Shown: positions 11,982-26,070 of the stretch, in pieces
How the letters are laid out: each line of letters begins with the position of its first letter
Position numbering within the stretch: position 1 is the first letter of the stretch
From: Octopus sinensis
Taxonomy: Eukaryota
Length of the DNA: 64,000 bases
Assembly (NCBI RefSeq): GCF_006345805.1
Contig: NC_043015.1
Span: 26,660,001-26,724,000, forward strand
Reading direction: 5' to 3'
Made by a program: the position numbers and the translations under genes
Notes under the pieces: model-generated
The model's input: only the letters and a program-made list of their open reading frames with translations
Database searches by the model: none
What the model was told of the DNA's origin: nothing

Positions 11982-12504
11982 CCAATATTTATATTTACAA
12001 TTGTTTCTATACACTATATTTCGGATATTGCCTTTGTTATTTATTTTATATAATAGTCACAGATATGCCTCTGTAAGCCATTATATACCAACAATGAAGT
12101 AATAATATTTAAGGATACATTTAACTTCCTGAAACTAACCTGGAATTATTTCCAACATTATTTACTATATCACACCAGTTCAATAGATCCAATACAATTA
12201 AACATCTAGCTATTTGCGTTTAACAAACACACACACAGAATTGCATACATATGTGTGCGCGCGTTCGTGCGTGTGTGTGTGTGCGTGTGTGTGTGCGTGT
12301 GTGTGTGTGTATGTACACACATATATACAAAAAAATTTACAATAAACATATACAAGACTTTCTCAGGTTTGTAACATTGTTTCTGTTATCTGCATTCCGA
12401 AGATGAAGCTTTGTAATCTGTATCAGAAACCAGGTCTTTCTTCACAGGAATAATTTAATTAAAAACAGAAAATAACGTGCATCCATAAATTATTTGCAGA
12501 AATC

Positions 12505-12710
12505 AAGGTGGCGGCCTGTGAGAAGCGTTGCTGCATAGAGCAGAATCCTTTACGGCATTTCGTCTTGTTTTATGTATTGAGTTCAAATTACTCAGAGATT
12601 GTCTCTTTCGGGGTCGATAAAATGATATACCAGTCGAACGCTAGGGTCGGTGCAATCGACTAACCCACTCACCTTTATTTCAGGCCTCGTGTCTAGTGCA
12701 GTAAGAATTA
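12505..12710 (+). mobile_element. Diverged SINE with Deu/Nin-type core
   Basis: gagttcaaat..ctttcggggtcgataaaatga..taccag..ggtcggtgcaatcgactaa. Confidence 0.65.
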
Positions 12711-13295
12711 TTAGCATAGATTTTAGCATGCAGTATTCTAAGTTGTGTCATTTGAGAAATTTATAAACTGAATTGCAATGTTTTTGTCCATTTAAAACTG
12801 AAATCATATTTTCTACGGCTCCCCTTCGTGCTTAATAAAACCTATAAGAAAACCTCGTGTTCACGAACAACACAGTGACATACACTTACGAACTCACACC
12901 CACACACACACACACATATATACAACACATATATACATCACATACACACACACATCTTCTATGAACGTGTGTGTCTGTGTCTGTATGTGCACAAACCATG
13001 TGTGTACAACAAAATAATTAAACCTAAATACCTTTGGCTATAGAGGGCAAAGCTTATTAAATCCCAGATGTTTGAACCACTTAGCATGAGGAATTGACGA
13101 TTCTGAACAGCGATTCATTTCTCGCTTCAGTTCATTTGCTTTTGTATGCTTTATTCCGAAACTAGTTTTATATATTTGTTGACTTCATAAGTCTTTAAGA
13201 ACTTCGAGAAGGTGAAATACGACTTGTTGGAGATGGTGAATCTCGAAGAAAAAACAGCTGTAATTGCAAATTCTTTTACACACACACACACACAT

Positions 13296-13355
13296 TAAGG
13301 CTGTGCTCCAGCATGGCCACAGTCATGAGTGAAACAAGTAAAAGAGTAAAAGAAC
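13296..13355 (+). mobile_element. Isolated SINE/CR1-type 3' tail
   Basis: ggctgtgctccagcatggccacagtcatgagtgaaacaagtaaaagagtaaaagaa matches tails of the SINE copies at 19.7, 47.5 and 55.0 kb. Confidence 0.7.
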
Positions 13356-13389
13356 ATGCATATATACGTATGTATGTACGTATGTATGC

Positions 13390-13422
<33 letters not shown>

Positions 13423-13705
13423 TGTATGTATGTATGTATGTATGTATGTATGCATTACTAAATGTAAGGGAAATAAACTTTAGTTATCAGTCAAATGTAA
13501 AAAGGCGACACGGAGTGTATTCAGTCAATAAAAAAAAGTTTAATGAAAAATTATGTATTTAAAATGAGCTTTTGTATCAACAGTTTCTGTGTGCGTGCGT
13601 GCGTACGTGTGCGTGCGTGCGTACGTGTGCGTGCGTGCGTACGTGTGCGTGTGTTTGGGCATGCACGTGTATATGTATATGTGTATATAATATGTTGGTG
13701 TGAAT

Positions 13706-13853
13706 CAGATGCTGGCAAACTGCGGCCCGCGTGACTTTCTGAATAGTACTCCTAAAATTTCACAAAGAACCAATGCATTTTAGTCGTGAATCTCGCCTGA
13801 TGATGACCCATGTCCTGTGCGGCCCGCTTCTCGAAAATCCTTGACCATACCTG
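13706..13853. mobile_element. Probable hAT (Charlie-like) MITE remnant
   Basis: CAG...CTG ends with degenerate TIRs and two subterminal tgcggcccgc motifs; no 8-bp TSD found. Confidence 0.4.
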
Positions 13854-13959
13854 CTCTATATGACTGTGCTTTATATTTACAATTTCAGTGCATATATTCC
13901 TCCGAAGCAAGCTTTTATTCACGATCGAATCGATGACTGTCTCAAACTCAAATCTCCGT

Positions 13960-15560
13960 GCAATGGCGTACTACAAACAAAGAAAACAATAACGTGCAAC
14001 CTTCTGGGAGTTATGAATTAATTAATTATTTAATTGCTATAATATGGCTAAGAGGCTCCCACGGTAAAAGTATTTTCTCTATACTCCAGTGGAGGACAGG
14101 AATAAATGCGCGGGCTACCGATGTTTATTTCGAATTGTTGTAGGCGGGAAGCTTTGCGTGAATGTATTGTTCAACAGACAGAACATTAAATTAACGGTAG
14201 TCGTCTCTGTAATTCAATGTGGATTTAATAAAGGATGCACAATTTATTTTTACCCCCAACAAACTTGTAGTAGCAATGTGTGAAACAGAAGAGGGCTTTG
14301 TATGCGACCACCTTTGATGTCTAGAAGGCATTCGATACAGTAATCGTGTCAGGTCTCTGGCATGTAAATTCATTCGTATTATGGGTTCCCAACACATCTG
14401 AAAAATTAAATATGTTTACGAGAGTCTCTGCTTCAAACTATGTTGCATCGCCAGGCGTATCCTTATTGAAAGGGAGGAGTTAGCAGTAGCAAATAATATA
14501 CCTTTCTGGGCGTTCCAATCAATCATGAAGGTAGGTCGGGTCGAGAGAAATTCTAAATTTGGAGCTTGATCAAGGCAAGGCTACATCAGCATTCGGAAGA
14601 TTGTGAGCTGACTATAGAACAAGATACACGAACCTGTCCAAATGAAGTGCAATCTACGTTGCCAATCAGTTACAGTAGGCTCATAGTAGAGGTGAGTCAG
14701 AGATCATAGATGTCATTGATCATAGCACAGCCACTACATGTGTTTCATAACCGTTCAGAGAGAAGAATATAAATATTTGAAAGGTGTTCCGAATGAAATA
14801 GTTTAGGAAAAGATTAATTCGTTTACAAGACAGATATTTGCTTATTATTGATAAATAAATCATTGAGTTAATGGTGACAGTGGACAACGATGTTGTCTAC
14901 AACAGAGTAATGTTGTCTTATTTTGACAATTCTATTCTTATTCCACAACATTTAAACAGTGTCTTGACACAACTTAAACGAGAAACTTGACACAACTTAA
15001 ACGAGAGGCTTCCTGTTTTACAATAGATATTATACATTGCTACGTTGTCAGAAAATATTAATGACAATAACGTAGATTACTAGAATAGTCCATTTTGAAC
15101 CAAGAACAGTTATCTTGGCTTTTAATTTAAAACGTATTTTTATGTAATCCACGAACAAGAAATAACATATCTGATGCACAAAATGACTATGTTTTAATTT
15201 AAAATACCTGTGACAACTGATGGAAAATCTGCGGAATCAACAGAGAAGATGCAATCCAAAGCTGTCATTACAATACTGTTTGTTTATGAAGTTCCAGGTA
15301 GAGGCCAGAATGTTATCCAATACAATTCTGGAAAAAGATGCTGAAGTTTGTAATGTAGGTGGGAAAACACACTCATCATAACGAGGAATATTAATGCAAT
15401 GTTTTTGCCAAATTTTCTGTTAAGTGTGGTCAAACAGACTTCGGATAAGGATCCAGTAGAGAAGAGAGAAAGAGTGTATCTCAGTGGCTATGACTGTTAC
15501 ACAGACGTTAACATAATGTGTAATATGATGCTGAAGGTGAAAGAGGATTCAAAAAGAAAA
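13960..15560 (+). mobile_element. Highly degenerate RTE-like LINE RT region
   Basis: DRNKCAGYRC..GGKL..VLFNR..QCGF (14089-14283), LYATTFDV*KAFDTV..GLW, YGFP, EEYKYL, HNEE in mixed frames. Confidence 0.6.
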
Positions 15561-15973
15561 TAATATGATCGAAGTTATAATAAATCTGCAGATATTACAG
15601 CTTCACTATAAATTTATGCATTTAATCATTTTGGTTAATGGTAATAAAATTATTACGACATCATCTTGGAAATCTGGGATTCTCTTAAGAAATTACAATT
15701 AATATCAATGGAATTACAGACATATGTAAAACATTGCAGAAATTAAGTGTATGTGTGTATCTGCATGTTGTGTGTGCGTGTGTGTGTCTCTCTGTATGTA
15801 CGGATGCCTCGGAGTGCGTGCGTCCGTATATATATATATATTTCTAGTAATACATCTAATTACCTTCTGGACATGCACTTTCTTTTTTATATAGGTCTGT
15901 TTTAAATTTTTTCACTGATAGTGCCTTTCTCTATATAGGCACAAATGTAATTCTTTCCTAAATTCATATTCGA

Positions 15974-16055
15974 GGCTCCGATGAAGCTATTAAAGTGTTA
16001 ATCAGACACTACACTATGAGTCCACCGCAACTTATAGCAGAAACAGCTGTAAGCT
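15974..16055 (+). ncRNA. Type I hammerhead ribozyme candidate (U4C core variant)
   Basis: Stem I GGCU/AGCU, core CCGAUGA, stem II GCUAU/AUAGC above an A.A pair, GAAAC, palindromic stem III ACAGCUGU, GUA triplet. Confidence 0.65.
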
Positions 16056-16109
16056 AATGAAGTCCACTTTATATATGTATATGTATGTATATGTATAAGT
16101 ATATGTATG

Positions 16110-16168
<59 letters not shown>

Positions 16169-17572
16169 ATATATATATGTATATGTCTCTCTATCTATAT
16201 CTATATGTGCGTGTGTGTATATACATCATACTTGCCTACATACATACATACATACATACATACATACATACATACATACATACATACATACATACATACA
16301 TACATGCATAATTCAACTGGATAACCTTTTCGAAAAAGTGGAGGGCATCAAGGATATATTAGACGAGCCTATGAATGCTGTCAACTTTGAGCACTCTACT
16401 CATTCAAAAAAGCACAATATCCACACAACCAGAGCTGAATATTACCACTAGACCGCTGTGCATAAGATATTGGGAGACTGTCTGTTCTAACTTGTTGATT
16501 GAGATATTAGAAATATTATAACAAGCGGAAAAACTGGAGAAGTGTAAAGAAGTATAAATTTGTTGAGAGCAGATATTAATCGACAGTGACAGAAAGAAAC
16601 GGTAAAGAGATACAGGAAGTTGACTTTAGAGAAGCTGAAATAACAGGAAGTTTTTTACAATATACCATACGTGTGGATTCTTAAGGTATTACAATTAGAC
16701 AAAGCTATACAGCCATCGGCAAAGCTATACATCCATCAATTCCTAAGCAGATTGAGTGTATTACTTTTAGATAAACTTATCGAAGTTGCCATCCTAACTT
16801 ATCATAGAGCCTTTCTGCAGAGTTACTGCTTATCTGTATCGCTGTTTGTTGTCATGATGATTTCTGTTTCGCCTAGTTACAAGATAGAGTGTTCATACGG
16901 CAAGAGGCATAAATTAAAAGTGACGTCGGTTTCTCTCACTCCACGATTAATGGAAAGTCCTACTTGCAACAATAACATAAAATATAATGTTATATGGTAA
17001 AGTTGATATTTATTACTTTCATTAAAATAAAAGTATTTAAAAAACATTTTGGTAACTAAAAGATGCTTCTATCGCATCCTCTACAACAGCCCTCCCACCC
17101 TTTACTCTAGTACCCACACTATCCAAGGGGTCGGTACACCCTACTTTGAGAAACATTGCTTTAAACAATCTTGGAGTATGAAAGCCCTAACGAATTCATC
17201 GGATACAAAATAGAAAACCTCACCTGATACCAAATAAGTCTGGCATAGCCAAAGCTGAAGACATTAAACTCATGAATACTTACTATGAAAGAATATCGTC
17301 GAGACACTAACTTCTCATAAGGCAAGATGTAAGTGAAATAGAAGATATGTACGGTGGGGGAGAGAAACCATGAACCAACTGCTTGGCGAATACCAAGATC
17401 CAGCCCGTTCTGCTATTGCATCCCATTCTCTTATAATAGTTTCCCTTCTGTTATTAACAATGGTATTTTTATTTCCACGTGATACCTAAGAGTTACTTTG
17501 CAAAGTTAAACTACGTATATAATTATTATATAAACTGATGGATATATATGTATATATATAATATATATATAT

Positions 17573-17604
<32 letters not shown>

Positions 17605-18003
17605 ATATATAATATATATATACATTCATACATACTTACGTGTATATATATATAGATAGATAGATATACATACATATATGTGCGTGTATGTATTTGTACT
17701 TCCGTGTGTGTATGTATGTATGTATGTATGTATGTATGCGCGTGAGTGTGTTTGTTTTTATATCTATGTATACACACGCGCACTTACACACACACACACT
17801 CACACACACATCGCGCATCTCAAAGTTGTGCCCTCACTGCTCTGTTTCTTCACCAGGCTAACAATATTGCTTCGATTATTAACGAACTCCGCCTAACAAT
17901 GATGAGCCTAAAATAACTGCTGGGAATTTACTACAATAAAGATAAATGTAAAGACCATTACACGCGCGCGCACGCACACACACACACATACATGTACACA
18001 CAT

Positions 18004-18166
18004 ATATGACAGGCTTCTTACAGTTTCCGTTTGGCAAATGCACTCAAAAGGCTTTGGTCGACCCGAAGCTTTAGTTGAAGAACACTTACCGAATGTGCCA
18101 CGCTGTGGGACTGAACCTAGAACTATGTGGTTGGGAAGCAAACGTGTTACCATACGGCCACGCCTC
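18004..18166 (-). mobile_element. SINE head (tRNA-like part)
   Basis: Reverse complement of aggcgtggccgtatggtaa..ggttcagtccca..gcacattcggtaagtgttc..gaccaaagcc. Confidence 0.8.
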
Positions 18167-18721
18167 GGCCAATAGACTTATAACTAAAAATTTTGCAATT
18201 TGTTTGTTTATGATGTAATTTTTTTATTTTTCGGTGGCCTTTGGAGTGAATGAAGCTTATAAATAATAGCGTATAGAATATTAGTTTTAAAAAATGAAAG
18301 AAAGAAACGAAAAATCCGCCGTAGATGTAAAAATAGTATCGGTTGCTGCCCGTAGAACTCGAATCCACGATTTCAGTGAATTTGATGGGCGTTCAAGCTA
18401 TTATAACAAATTAATATTTTTGAATTTTTTCTGTCCTCTTTAGAAGTTGTGTTATTACCAGAGAGAATTGTAAAGTATTTATGTTACAAGAAATTTCGAG
18501 AAAAATTATGTTAAGCTTAAGAAAAAAAAAATGGATGGAGAAAATTCCAAGTGTTGCATTCGCATAATGGTTAGCAAGTATGTCCTCCTTACAGAAGATA
18601 TAGGTTCGTTTCCAGTAGGTAAAACTTAAACCATCTTCCATCCGTGAAGGTCTTTTTAACTCGTTATGCTACACGTTAATATCTATTGCGTCCTCTACTT
18701 CGAATTTATCGGTAAAAAATA

Positions 18722-18812
18722 ATACAAAATTAAGAGGAATGACCACTAAAGTGGACACCCTATATGCTAAACATAGACGTCTATGTTTAGCATATTCCTC
18801 TTAATTTTGTAT
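18722..18812. repeat. Fold-back palindrome with a perfect 34-bp core (18762-18795)
   Basis: atatgctaaacatagac|gtctatgtttagcatat plus outer arms 18722-18738 / 18796-18812. Confidence 0.9.
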
Positions 18813-19105
18813 GTAACACAATTTTTAATCTTCGGATTTTTTAAATATGCTAAGCCACTGGTTTTAATTGATTAACATCAATTTCTACCCTTATTATGTA
18901 AACATATATATATATATATATACATACATATATACATATATATATATATAATATATCGATGGGTGAATGAATTATCCTGTTTACCGTTAACATGGAAAAT
19001 TCAATGAACGGTTACCAGGGAAGCAAATTCACGTCAGAAACTCGGTTGAAGCGACTTATCCAAAGGTAGAAACTCCGGGTTAATGTGGAGTAATTTGTGT
19101 GTTAC

Positions 19106-19330
<225 letters not shown>

Positions 19331-19347
19331 CACACACAAATATATAT

Positions 19348-19711
19348 AGGTGCAGGCGTGGCTGTGTGGTAAGTAGCTTGCTTACCAACCACATGGTGTC
19401 AATCCCACTGTGTGGCACCTTGGGCAAGTGTCTTCTACTATAGCCTCGGACCGACCAAAGCCTTGTCAGTGGATTTGGTAGATGGAAACTGAAGGAAGAC
19501 CGTCGAATATGATTATGTGTGTGTCTGCGTTTGTACCCCTAATATCGCTTGACAGCAGATGTTGGTGTGTTTACGACCCCGAAACTTAGCACTTCGGCAA
19601 AAGAGACCGATAGAATAAGTGCTAGGCTTACAAAGAATAATTCCTAGGGTCGATTTGTTCGGCTAGAAGTGCTGCTCCAGCATGCCCGCAGTCAAATGAC
19701 TAAAGCAACAA

Positions 19712-19712
<1 letters not shown>
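19348..19712 (+). mobile_element. Full-length octopus-type tRNA-derived SINE
   Basis: A-box-like gtggctgtgtggt, body and tail gctgctccagcatgcccgcagtcaaatgact. Confidence 0.88.
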
Positions 19713-19780
<68 letters not shown>

Positions 19781-19790
19781 CACACATATA

Positions 19791-19888
19791 TCGAGCTTCT
19801 TCCAGTTTCCGTCTACCGAAACAGGACCGAACACGGAACCATGAAGTTAAGAATCAAGTTTCTTACCACATAGCCACGCTTGCGTCTG
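19791..19888 (-). mobile_element. Internally deleted SINE head
   Basis: gcttcttccagtttccgtctacc...ttcttaccacatagccacgcttgcgtc is the reverse complement of the SINE head ends. Confidence 0.6.
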
Positions 19889-20598
19889 TTTAGATTCTGA
19901 GTTCCAATCTCGCTGTTGTCCATTTCCCCCTCCATCCTACCCTTGTCGAGGCTATAAAGTACCAACCCTTTTCTGATGTCGGTCAACTACCGACGTCCAT
20001 CTAACTGATTTCACTCGTCCTGAAATTCCAACCTTCAACAGGATCAGCTGTCCATTTTTGTTTTTTAATTCCTTTCTCACCTCCACTCCTTCCCTCTGTT
20101 ACTTTCTGTCACGTTAAGAACACCAACCCCTTTTCGTTTCCTGTATCCCTCTCTCTTTCTCTCTCTCTCTCTCTTTGTCTATCTATCTTTCTTTCCTTCT
20201 CTCTTAACCAGGTGACGCGTTTTGTTCGTTTCGTGAGGCTTCAGTTCAGGTAGCTGGAAATGTTACAAGCCTATGCCTACACACAGTCTCACACACACCT
20301 ATCCGCCCCACACACACAGGCACGCACACACGCACACTCACACACACACACATTTATATATCAATAGATAGGTCGTGTGAGAAGGTAATATTGTTGGAGG
20401 GGGCATCAGTAAAGTGTGTTAGTAATAAAGACAGAATGCAAAATACTCCTGAAGAAGGGGTGGAGGAGGAGGGAAAGCAACTGTTGCTCCCAGTGTGTAT
20501 AGCTTAGTTAGCCTATAACGCAGGGTATATATACATAAATATATATATATACAGAGAGAGAGAGAGATACGCATACACATACATACACGCAGACATAT

Positions 20599-20687
<89 letters not shown>

Positions 20688-21399
20688 GTGATAGATATAG
20701 ATATATATACACACACATATATATTTATATACATATACATGCATACACACGCGAGCGCAAACGCATTCACACACACATATCGTAAGATGAAAGATTTGGC
20801 TGCTATCTCTAGCAGGTTGAGGCTGAGAGACCACAGAACGCATTCCCCGTTTTCACGTACATGTCTTAGCGTTTACTGCTCAACAATCTGACTCTAAAAC
20901 GAAAGAATCCGAGTTCAAGTTCCGATGTAGTTGTGGTGGTGGTTTTGGACCGTGTTATTGTATAGGAATTAGTAGCAATGCTGATGCTGTTCCTATTTTT
21001 GTTGATCGAATAGGCACATGATCAAAGGTAATCCAATTATGGCGATCGCACCCGTTTTGTAACCGTAATGGGGAACTACATTACCTAACATGCCCCTTAT
21101 TGAGACATTAAGGTGTTTCTGAGGAACAGTTGGTTGCTTATTCTAGCAGATCGAACCTTTAGATAATGGCCCTCTCGTCGGCCTGCTGCTACTGCTGTTT
21201 GTACTGTTATTATTATGTTCTCGGACAATAATATTGGGGTAAACCTACGATGAAATGCAATCCAGCCATGTCACTCCCGTCTGCTCAGTCTCCTCTCAGA
21301 CGATATTGTTTGATGTGTCCTTTAAAATGTAGCAGGATGTGCTTTGAGGGAGGTTTGGTTACGGTTTCTAGCAAATTGAATAAACACGTATGTGTGATG

Positions 21400-21773
21400 G
21401 AGGCGGTAACCTTCAATGTTAGTAAATATGGTGGCTAGTAGTGTTTTTAGCAGTAGCCGCAGTAGTAGTAGTAGTTTTAGTGGTTATCTGTGTTGACAGT
21501 AGCAGCTGCAGTGGTAGTAGCGGCTCATCGTGTTGGGAGCGCTGTCAGCAGGCGCGGTTGCAGTAGACAACTAAATTGCTTGGAAGTGTTAGCAGTAGCT
21601 GCAGTGTTGGTAGCAGTACCGGCTGTAGTGGCTACGGAGGTTAACCATTGTCTTCATAGCAGCGGTGGAAGTAACTGTAGCAGTAAGCAGTACAAGTAGT
21701 GGCGGTTGAAGTAGCTGCAGTGGTTAACAGAGCTGGTAGCAGTGGTAGTTTTTTCGGAAACTGTGACAAGCGC

Positions 21774-21824
<51 letters not shown>

Positions 21825-21840
21825 GGTGGTGGTGGTGGTG

Positions 21841-21876
<36 letters not shown>

Positions 21877-22170
21877 GTAATAGCACAGTTGCTGTAAAGA
21901 GGGAAGTAGCAGCAGAATCAGTAGTAGTGTTGATAGAATTAGTGGCGGTAATGGCGAAGGATATTGTTGTGACGCCGGTAGCGTTGTGGTGGTGGTGGTG
22001 GTGGTGGTGAGGATGACTGTGCCGTTATTCCTGCCGTTAGTGTTGCTGTTATTGGTAATGACTGTCATGGTGGTGGTGGTGGTGGTGAGATCGCGATGAT
22101 AGCAATGGTATTTGTTGGTGTGGGTGGGGTGGGGACACAGTGATGATGATGATGATGATGATGATGATGG
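21400..22170. repeat. Compound imperfect trinucleotide tract (AGT/GGT/GAT/AGC)
   Basis: (AGT)n(GGT)n(AGT)n core at 21774-21878, with degenerate triplets on both sides. Confidence 0.9.
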
Positions 22171-22214
22171 CCTCGCTGGTGATGCTCACCGACATTTCGT
22201 TCGTCTCCATGTCT

Positions 22215-22350
22215 GTGTTCAAATGCTGCCGGGGTCGACTTCGGGATCGATAAAATTAAGGATCAGTTGAGTATGGCGGGCTGATGTTATGGAGTTGCTC
22301 CCCACCTTCTCGTGAAACTGCCGGCTTTGGGCCAAGATTTGAAACCCATT
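22215..22350 (+). mobile_element. Degenerate SINE core fragment (Deu/Nin type)
   Basis: tgttcaaatgctgccggggtcgacttcgggatcgataaaattaagga. Confidence 0.55.
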
Positions 22351-23043
22351 GTTGTTGTTGTTGTTTATATCTGTGTCTCTCCTGATCTAACAGATCGAAA
22401 GAAAAAGAAAGGAAGAGGAAGAGAGAAAATGAATGAAAACAGTGAAGCAATAAAAGACAGAGAGAGATGGATTTAAATGTAAATAAGATTCGGTAACTTT
22501 TTGTGAGGAATGGATTTGTTGGATCGAAAGTTATTGCGAGGGCTGCGGGGGGCGGTGAGTTCGTACAAGAAACCTGTTTGTGTACTTGCAAAAGGGTGCT
22601 CTTTACTAAACGTACCCAAGAACATCAGGTGATGCTACACCGGATCAACGATTAGATTAATACCCAAATAACTGAAAGAGGGATTTCAAGTTAGAACGTA
22701 AAGAAGAATTACTTGGAGGGATTCTGTCCAAGGTTCTAATGTTCGTTTCCTACTTAGTTTTTTCCAATTTTTTTTTTTCATGAATTGGTTTTTAGTAATT
22801 TTTTTATAAATTCGAAAAAGCGGTGGAGTTGCAGTATCGTTAGTGTTGGTCGAAATGTTTGATGAGTTTCTGTGGCCATTCTGATTTCAAATCCACCCCC
22901 ACCAATCTCCACCTTTCGACATCGATAATATGAAATACCAAGTAAATGCTGAGAGTGAGTGAGGGGATCGCTTTAATCAACTAATGTCTTCCTCTTTTAG
23001 AAACAGAAATAACTTCATTCTTTCTTTAATGTTTCATTGCCCT

Positions 23044-23046
<3 letters not shown>

Positions 23047-23106
<60 letters not shown>

Positions 23107-23110
23107 TCGC
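23047..23110. repeat. (TC)n microsatellite followed by pyrimidine-rich low-complexity DNA
   Basis: Direct reading. Confidence 0.9.
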
Positions 23111-23599
23111 TCCCTCTCTATATTTCTCATTATTTTCTTTCTGCCCTCACTTTTTTCCTGAACTCTTATTCCTATTCTTTCTCATTCAAGCTTTTTTTTC
23201 AATCTTTATTCTTTTTCTTTCTTCCTTCTTTTGTTTCTTGTTCTCGTTTCAGTTTGCAATATATTTAGACGTAAACAGAACATTTACTTCATTCCTTCAT
23301 TCTTTCACTAATTTCTTCTTTTATTCCATTTACATTTTCATTATAAATAAACTTATCCTTCCGTTAATTATTGTCTTCAATTTCCTTCCTTTTTTTCTCA
23401 TTTATTTTGTTTCAGGTTTTTCTTTTTCGTTTTTGCGTCGTTCAAATTTGTAATTTTTCCTGTTTTCTCATTCCTATTATTTTTACTATTTTCATTTTAA
23501 AATCATTCATTCATATATTTATTCTCTCAATTAACCATTCGTTGACTCATTCATTTATACTTCTTTTCATCATTCTTTGAGTAATTCTTTGTCATTCTT

Positions 23600-24050
23600 A
23601 AATTGCCAACAAGGCACAGATGTCGTCTGTTGAGGATGTGACGGTAAGAAATTGCATTTCAAAGGATTTTGAGGATTCTAAGCCGAACACTCTCTAAGCT
23701 TACATATGAGCGATGGCAGCAATGGTTTGTGTATATCTAGTGTGATTGTATATCTTAAATTGCTTTGTCTGGTAGAAAAAGGGGGTTATGTCTATGACCT
23801 TCAAAGTCCCTCCAAGACCAAGGATGCCATTCATGTTATTTTTAGAGTTACAAGTCGACAGCTGCAATAAAAAAAAAATATGTGCAAAGACATAGTTCTG
23901 GAACGGATGGACAAAACTGGGTACCGAACTTGTAATGCAAACGTCTCGGAGAGGTTTCTATCTACAATATGAAAGTAAGAAGGAAGTCTTGAAAGGATCA
24001 AGAGTGCTTAGCTGAAGGGGTCGAAAGTTAATCAGTTCTAAAGTGCAGAC
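23600..24050 (-). mobile_element. Possible degenerate Penelope RT fragment
   Basis: Weak minus-strand motifs AVDL, FYQ..AAIAHM, TDDI in the expected order; many stops. Confidence 0.3.
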
Positions 24051-24224
24051 ATAATTTTAATTATAGAAGAAATGGCACGGAGAGAGAGAAGGGGGGGAGG
24101 AACAGTATGTCTGTTGGTTAGAAGCTGGAGTTCCTCAGTGATTTAATGCCAATAAATCGGGTGGATTTTCGTTGGATAGTGTGTAGTGTGTTGAACAGAT
24201 GCTCTAACTGATCTCACCACGAAG

Positions 24225-24360
24225 CATAGTACTTTATTTAGCGATCCTGAATGGATAAAATGTAAAACTACCCTGAGCTAGATTCGAACTCAGAACACAA
24301 AAGAGTTTTAATAAATATATTTCGTCTGATTCTTTCACGATTTTGCCAATTTACCGACCA
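24225..24360 (-). mobile_element. Degenerate SINE (head plus Deu/Nin core)
   Basis: Reverse complement gttctgagttcgaatctagc...ccattcaggatcgctaaataaagtac. Confidence 0.55.
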
Positions 24361-24914
24361 TCACTGATGAACGATGAAGTTTGGATGAATGAGAAAAAGA
24401 ATCTCAGAGAAAATATTAGTGTGATTAAAACTGAATGATGGAGAATGATAGAAATTGAATTGATTAATGAATAAAGAAAGGAAAAACCGAAAGAAGGAAT
24501 AAAGATATGGGTAGATAAAGTTATGAATGAATAAGTTAATAATTTAATATCTGAACGAGTTAATGAACGAATTAATGAATAACAGAATGGATGAAGAAAT
24601 GAGAAAATGAAAGAATAGATCGATAAATGGATGAATGAGCGAATAAACAAATTTTTGGAGGAAAGGAATGAGGGAATGAAACAATAGCTGTATAAATGGT
24701 TGAATAAATAAGATAAAAATCAATTCATTAATAAATGAATGAGTAAATGATTTTGTGAGGAAATTAATTAGTGAATGAATGTAATGAGGAAAAGGTGATT
24801 TAAGGAAGAGATTGTGAAATTGATGGCAAAAGATAAATGAATTAGAGAATCAATAAAACTCTAAAGAACGAAAATCCTTCCAATTCAGAACTTTAGGTCT
24901 CTGGAATCCCTTAC

Positions 24915-24917
<3 letters not shown>

Positions 24918-25003
<86 letters not shown>
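24918..25003. repeat. (CT)n microsatellite
   Basis: Direct reading. Confidence 0.95.
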
Positions 25004-25006
<3 letters not shown>

Positions 25007-25940
25007 ATCTCTTTCTCACTCAATTTTTCCTGCTGCCATCGATTTGTAACTGTTCAAAAATAAGAGTATCCGCATCAGTCGAACTTGGAGAGTTCGCAAA
25101 AGCCATTGACAAATCGTATTGCTTTCGAAGGAGACATTCTTTCTTCTTTCACCAATAAAGATATATAATCCCCATAGATTTAGAAAAAATGTCATTACAC
25201 CTCACTCAGACTTAAACCCCCGCGGTGCACAGACATAATCGTGAACGAGCTTTTCCCCTATCATTGAGGACATCATCTTGAACAGACCAAACCAGTTCGT
25301 CTCTCCCTGACGGTTAAAGGATGGAGGAAAGGAGTTTACTGAAACAATGATAAAAAGTAATAAAAATATGAAGGAATTAACGAATGATTAACTGAATGAA
25401 TAAATAAATGGATGAGTGTAAAATAAAAAGAGTAAAACTAAAAAAAAAAACTGACTGAGAAGATTTGACAAAATTATGGTAAAAAAAAATTATTTCGAAT
25501 AATCATTTCTGACAAAACGAAATAAAATTTCTTCAACTAGGAGAGACTGAAGTCATCTTAGGTAGTTTCCACTGTTAGCAAACGCTTCTATCGTGCCGAT
25601 CTCTCTGAATCAGAGGAACTGCAAGTCTAGGATAACTGGTTAAATAGGTCAACAAGACAGTCTACAACGCTAAACTCTAGAAGCTTCATTGGGCTCCTTT
25701 TGTATGTTTTTTGAGAGGCCATTACTTTCCTATTGACTTTTTTTGTATTCGTGTCCATGGCTGATAGTCAGGATGTTTATTCACTCGCTACATACCAGCA
25801 CGAGATTCTAGGGTGCTGTCGCTAGTTCAGTGTGCAACAGCCTATGAATTCGAAAGTAACGAGTATTGGTTTTCATATGACTAACTAATGACGCATCACT
25901 TCTCGATGTCACCGAAATATAGCAGTGATAAGATGGTTGA

Positions 25941-25993
<53 letters not shown>

Positions 25994-26070
25994 TGCAGCG
26001 TGGAAGGTGTTTATAAGCCATTTAAGAAACACACAAAAGCCGTTCGATTCACTTCAACATTTAAGTTTAA

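Noticed and set aside
12395-12440. CCGAAGA-uga..uca-GAAACCAGGUC hammerhead-like string
   Set aside because: Stem I cannot be paired at the junction; at most a decayed remnant
13792-13840. CUGAUGA...GAAA inside the MITE-like element
   Set aside because: No stem II or stem I pairing
14963-15006. 21-bp tandem duplication
   Set aside because: Ordinary slippage-type duplication in a decayed LINE
16290-16620. Possible CR1 RT remnant (QLDNLFEKV..LDEPMNAV)
   Set aside because: Similarity too weak to support without a search
21400-22170. Overlapping ORFs with poly-S/G/H/Y/P
   Set aside because: Triplet repeats keep frames open by chance; no start context, splice signals or domain
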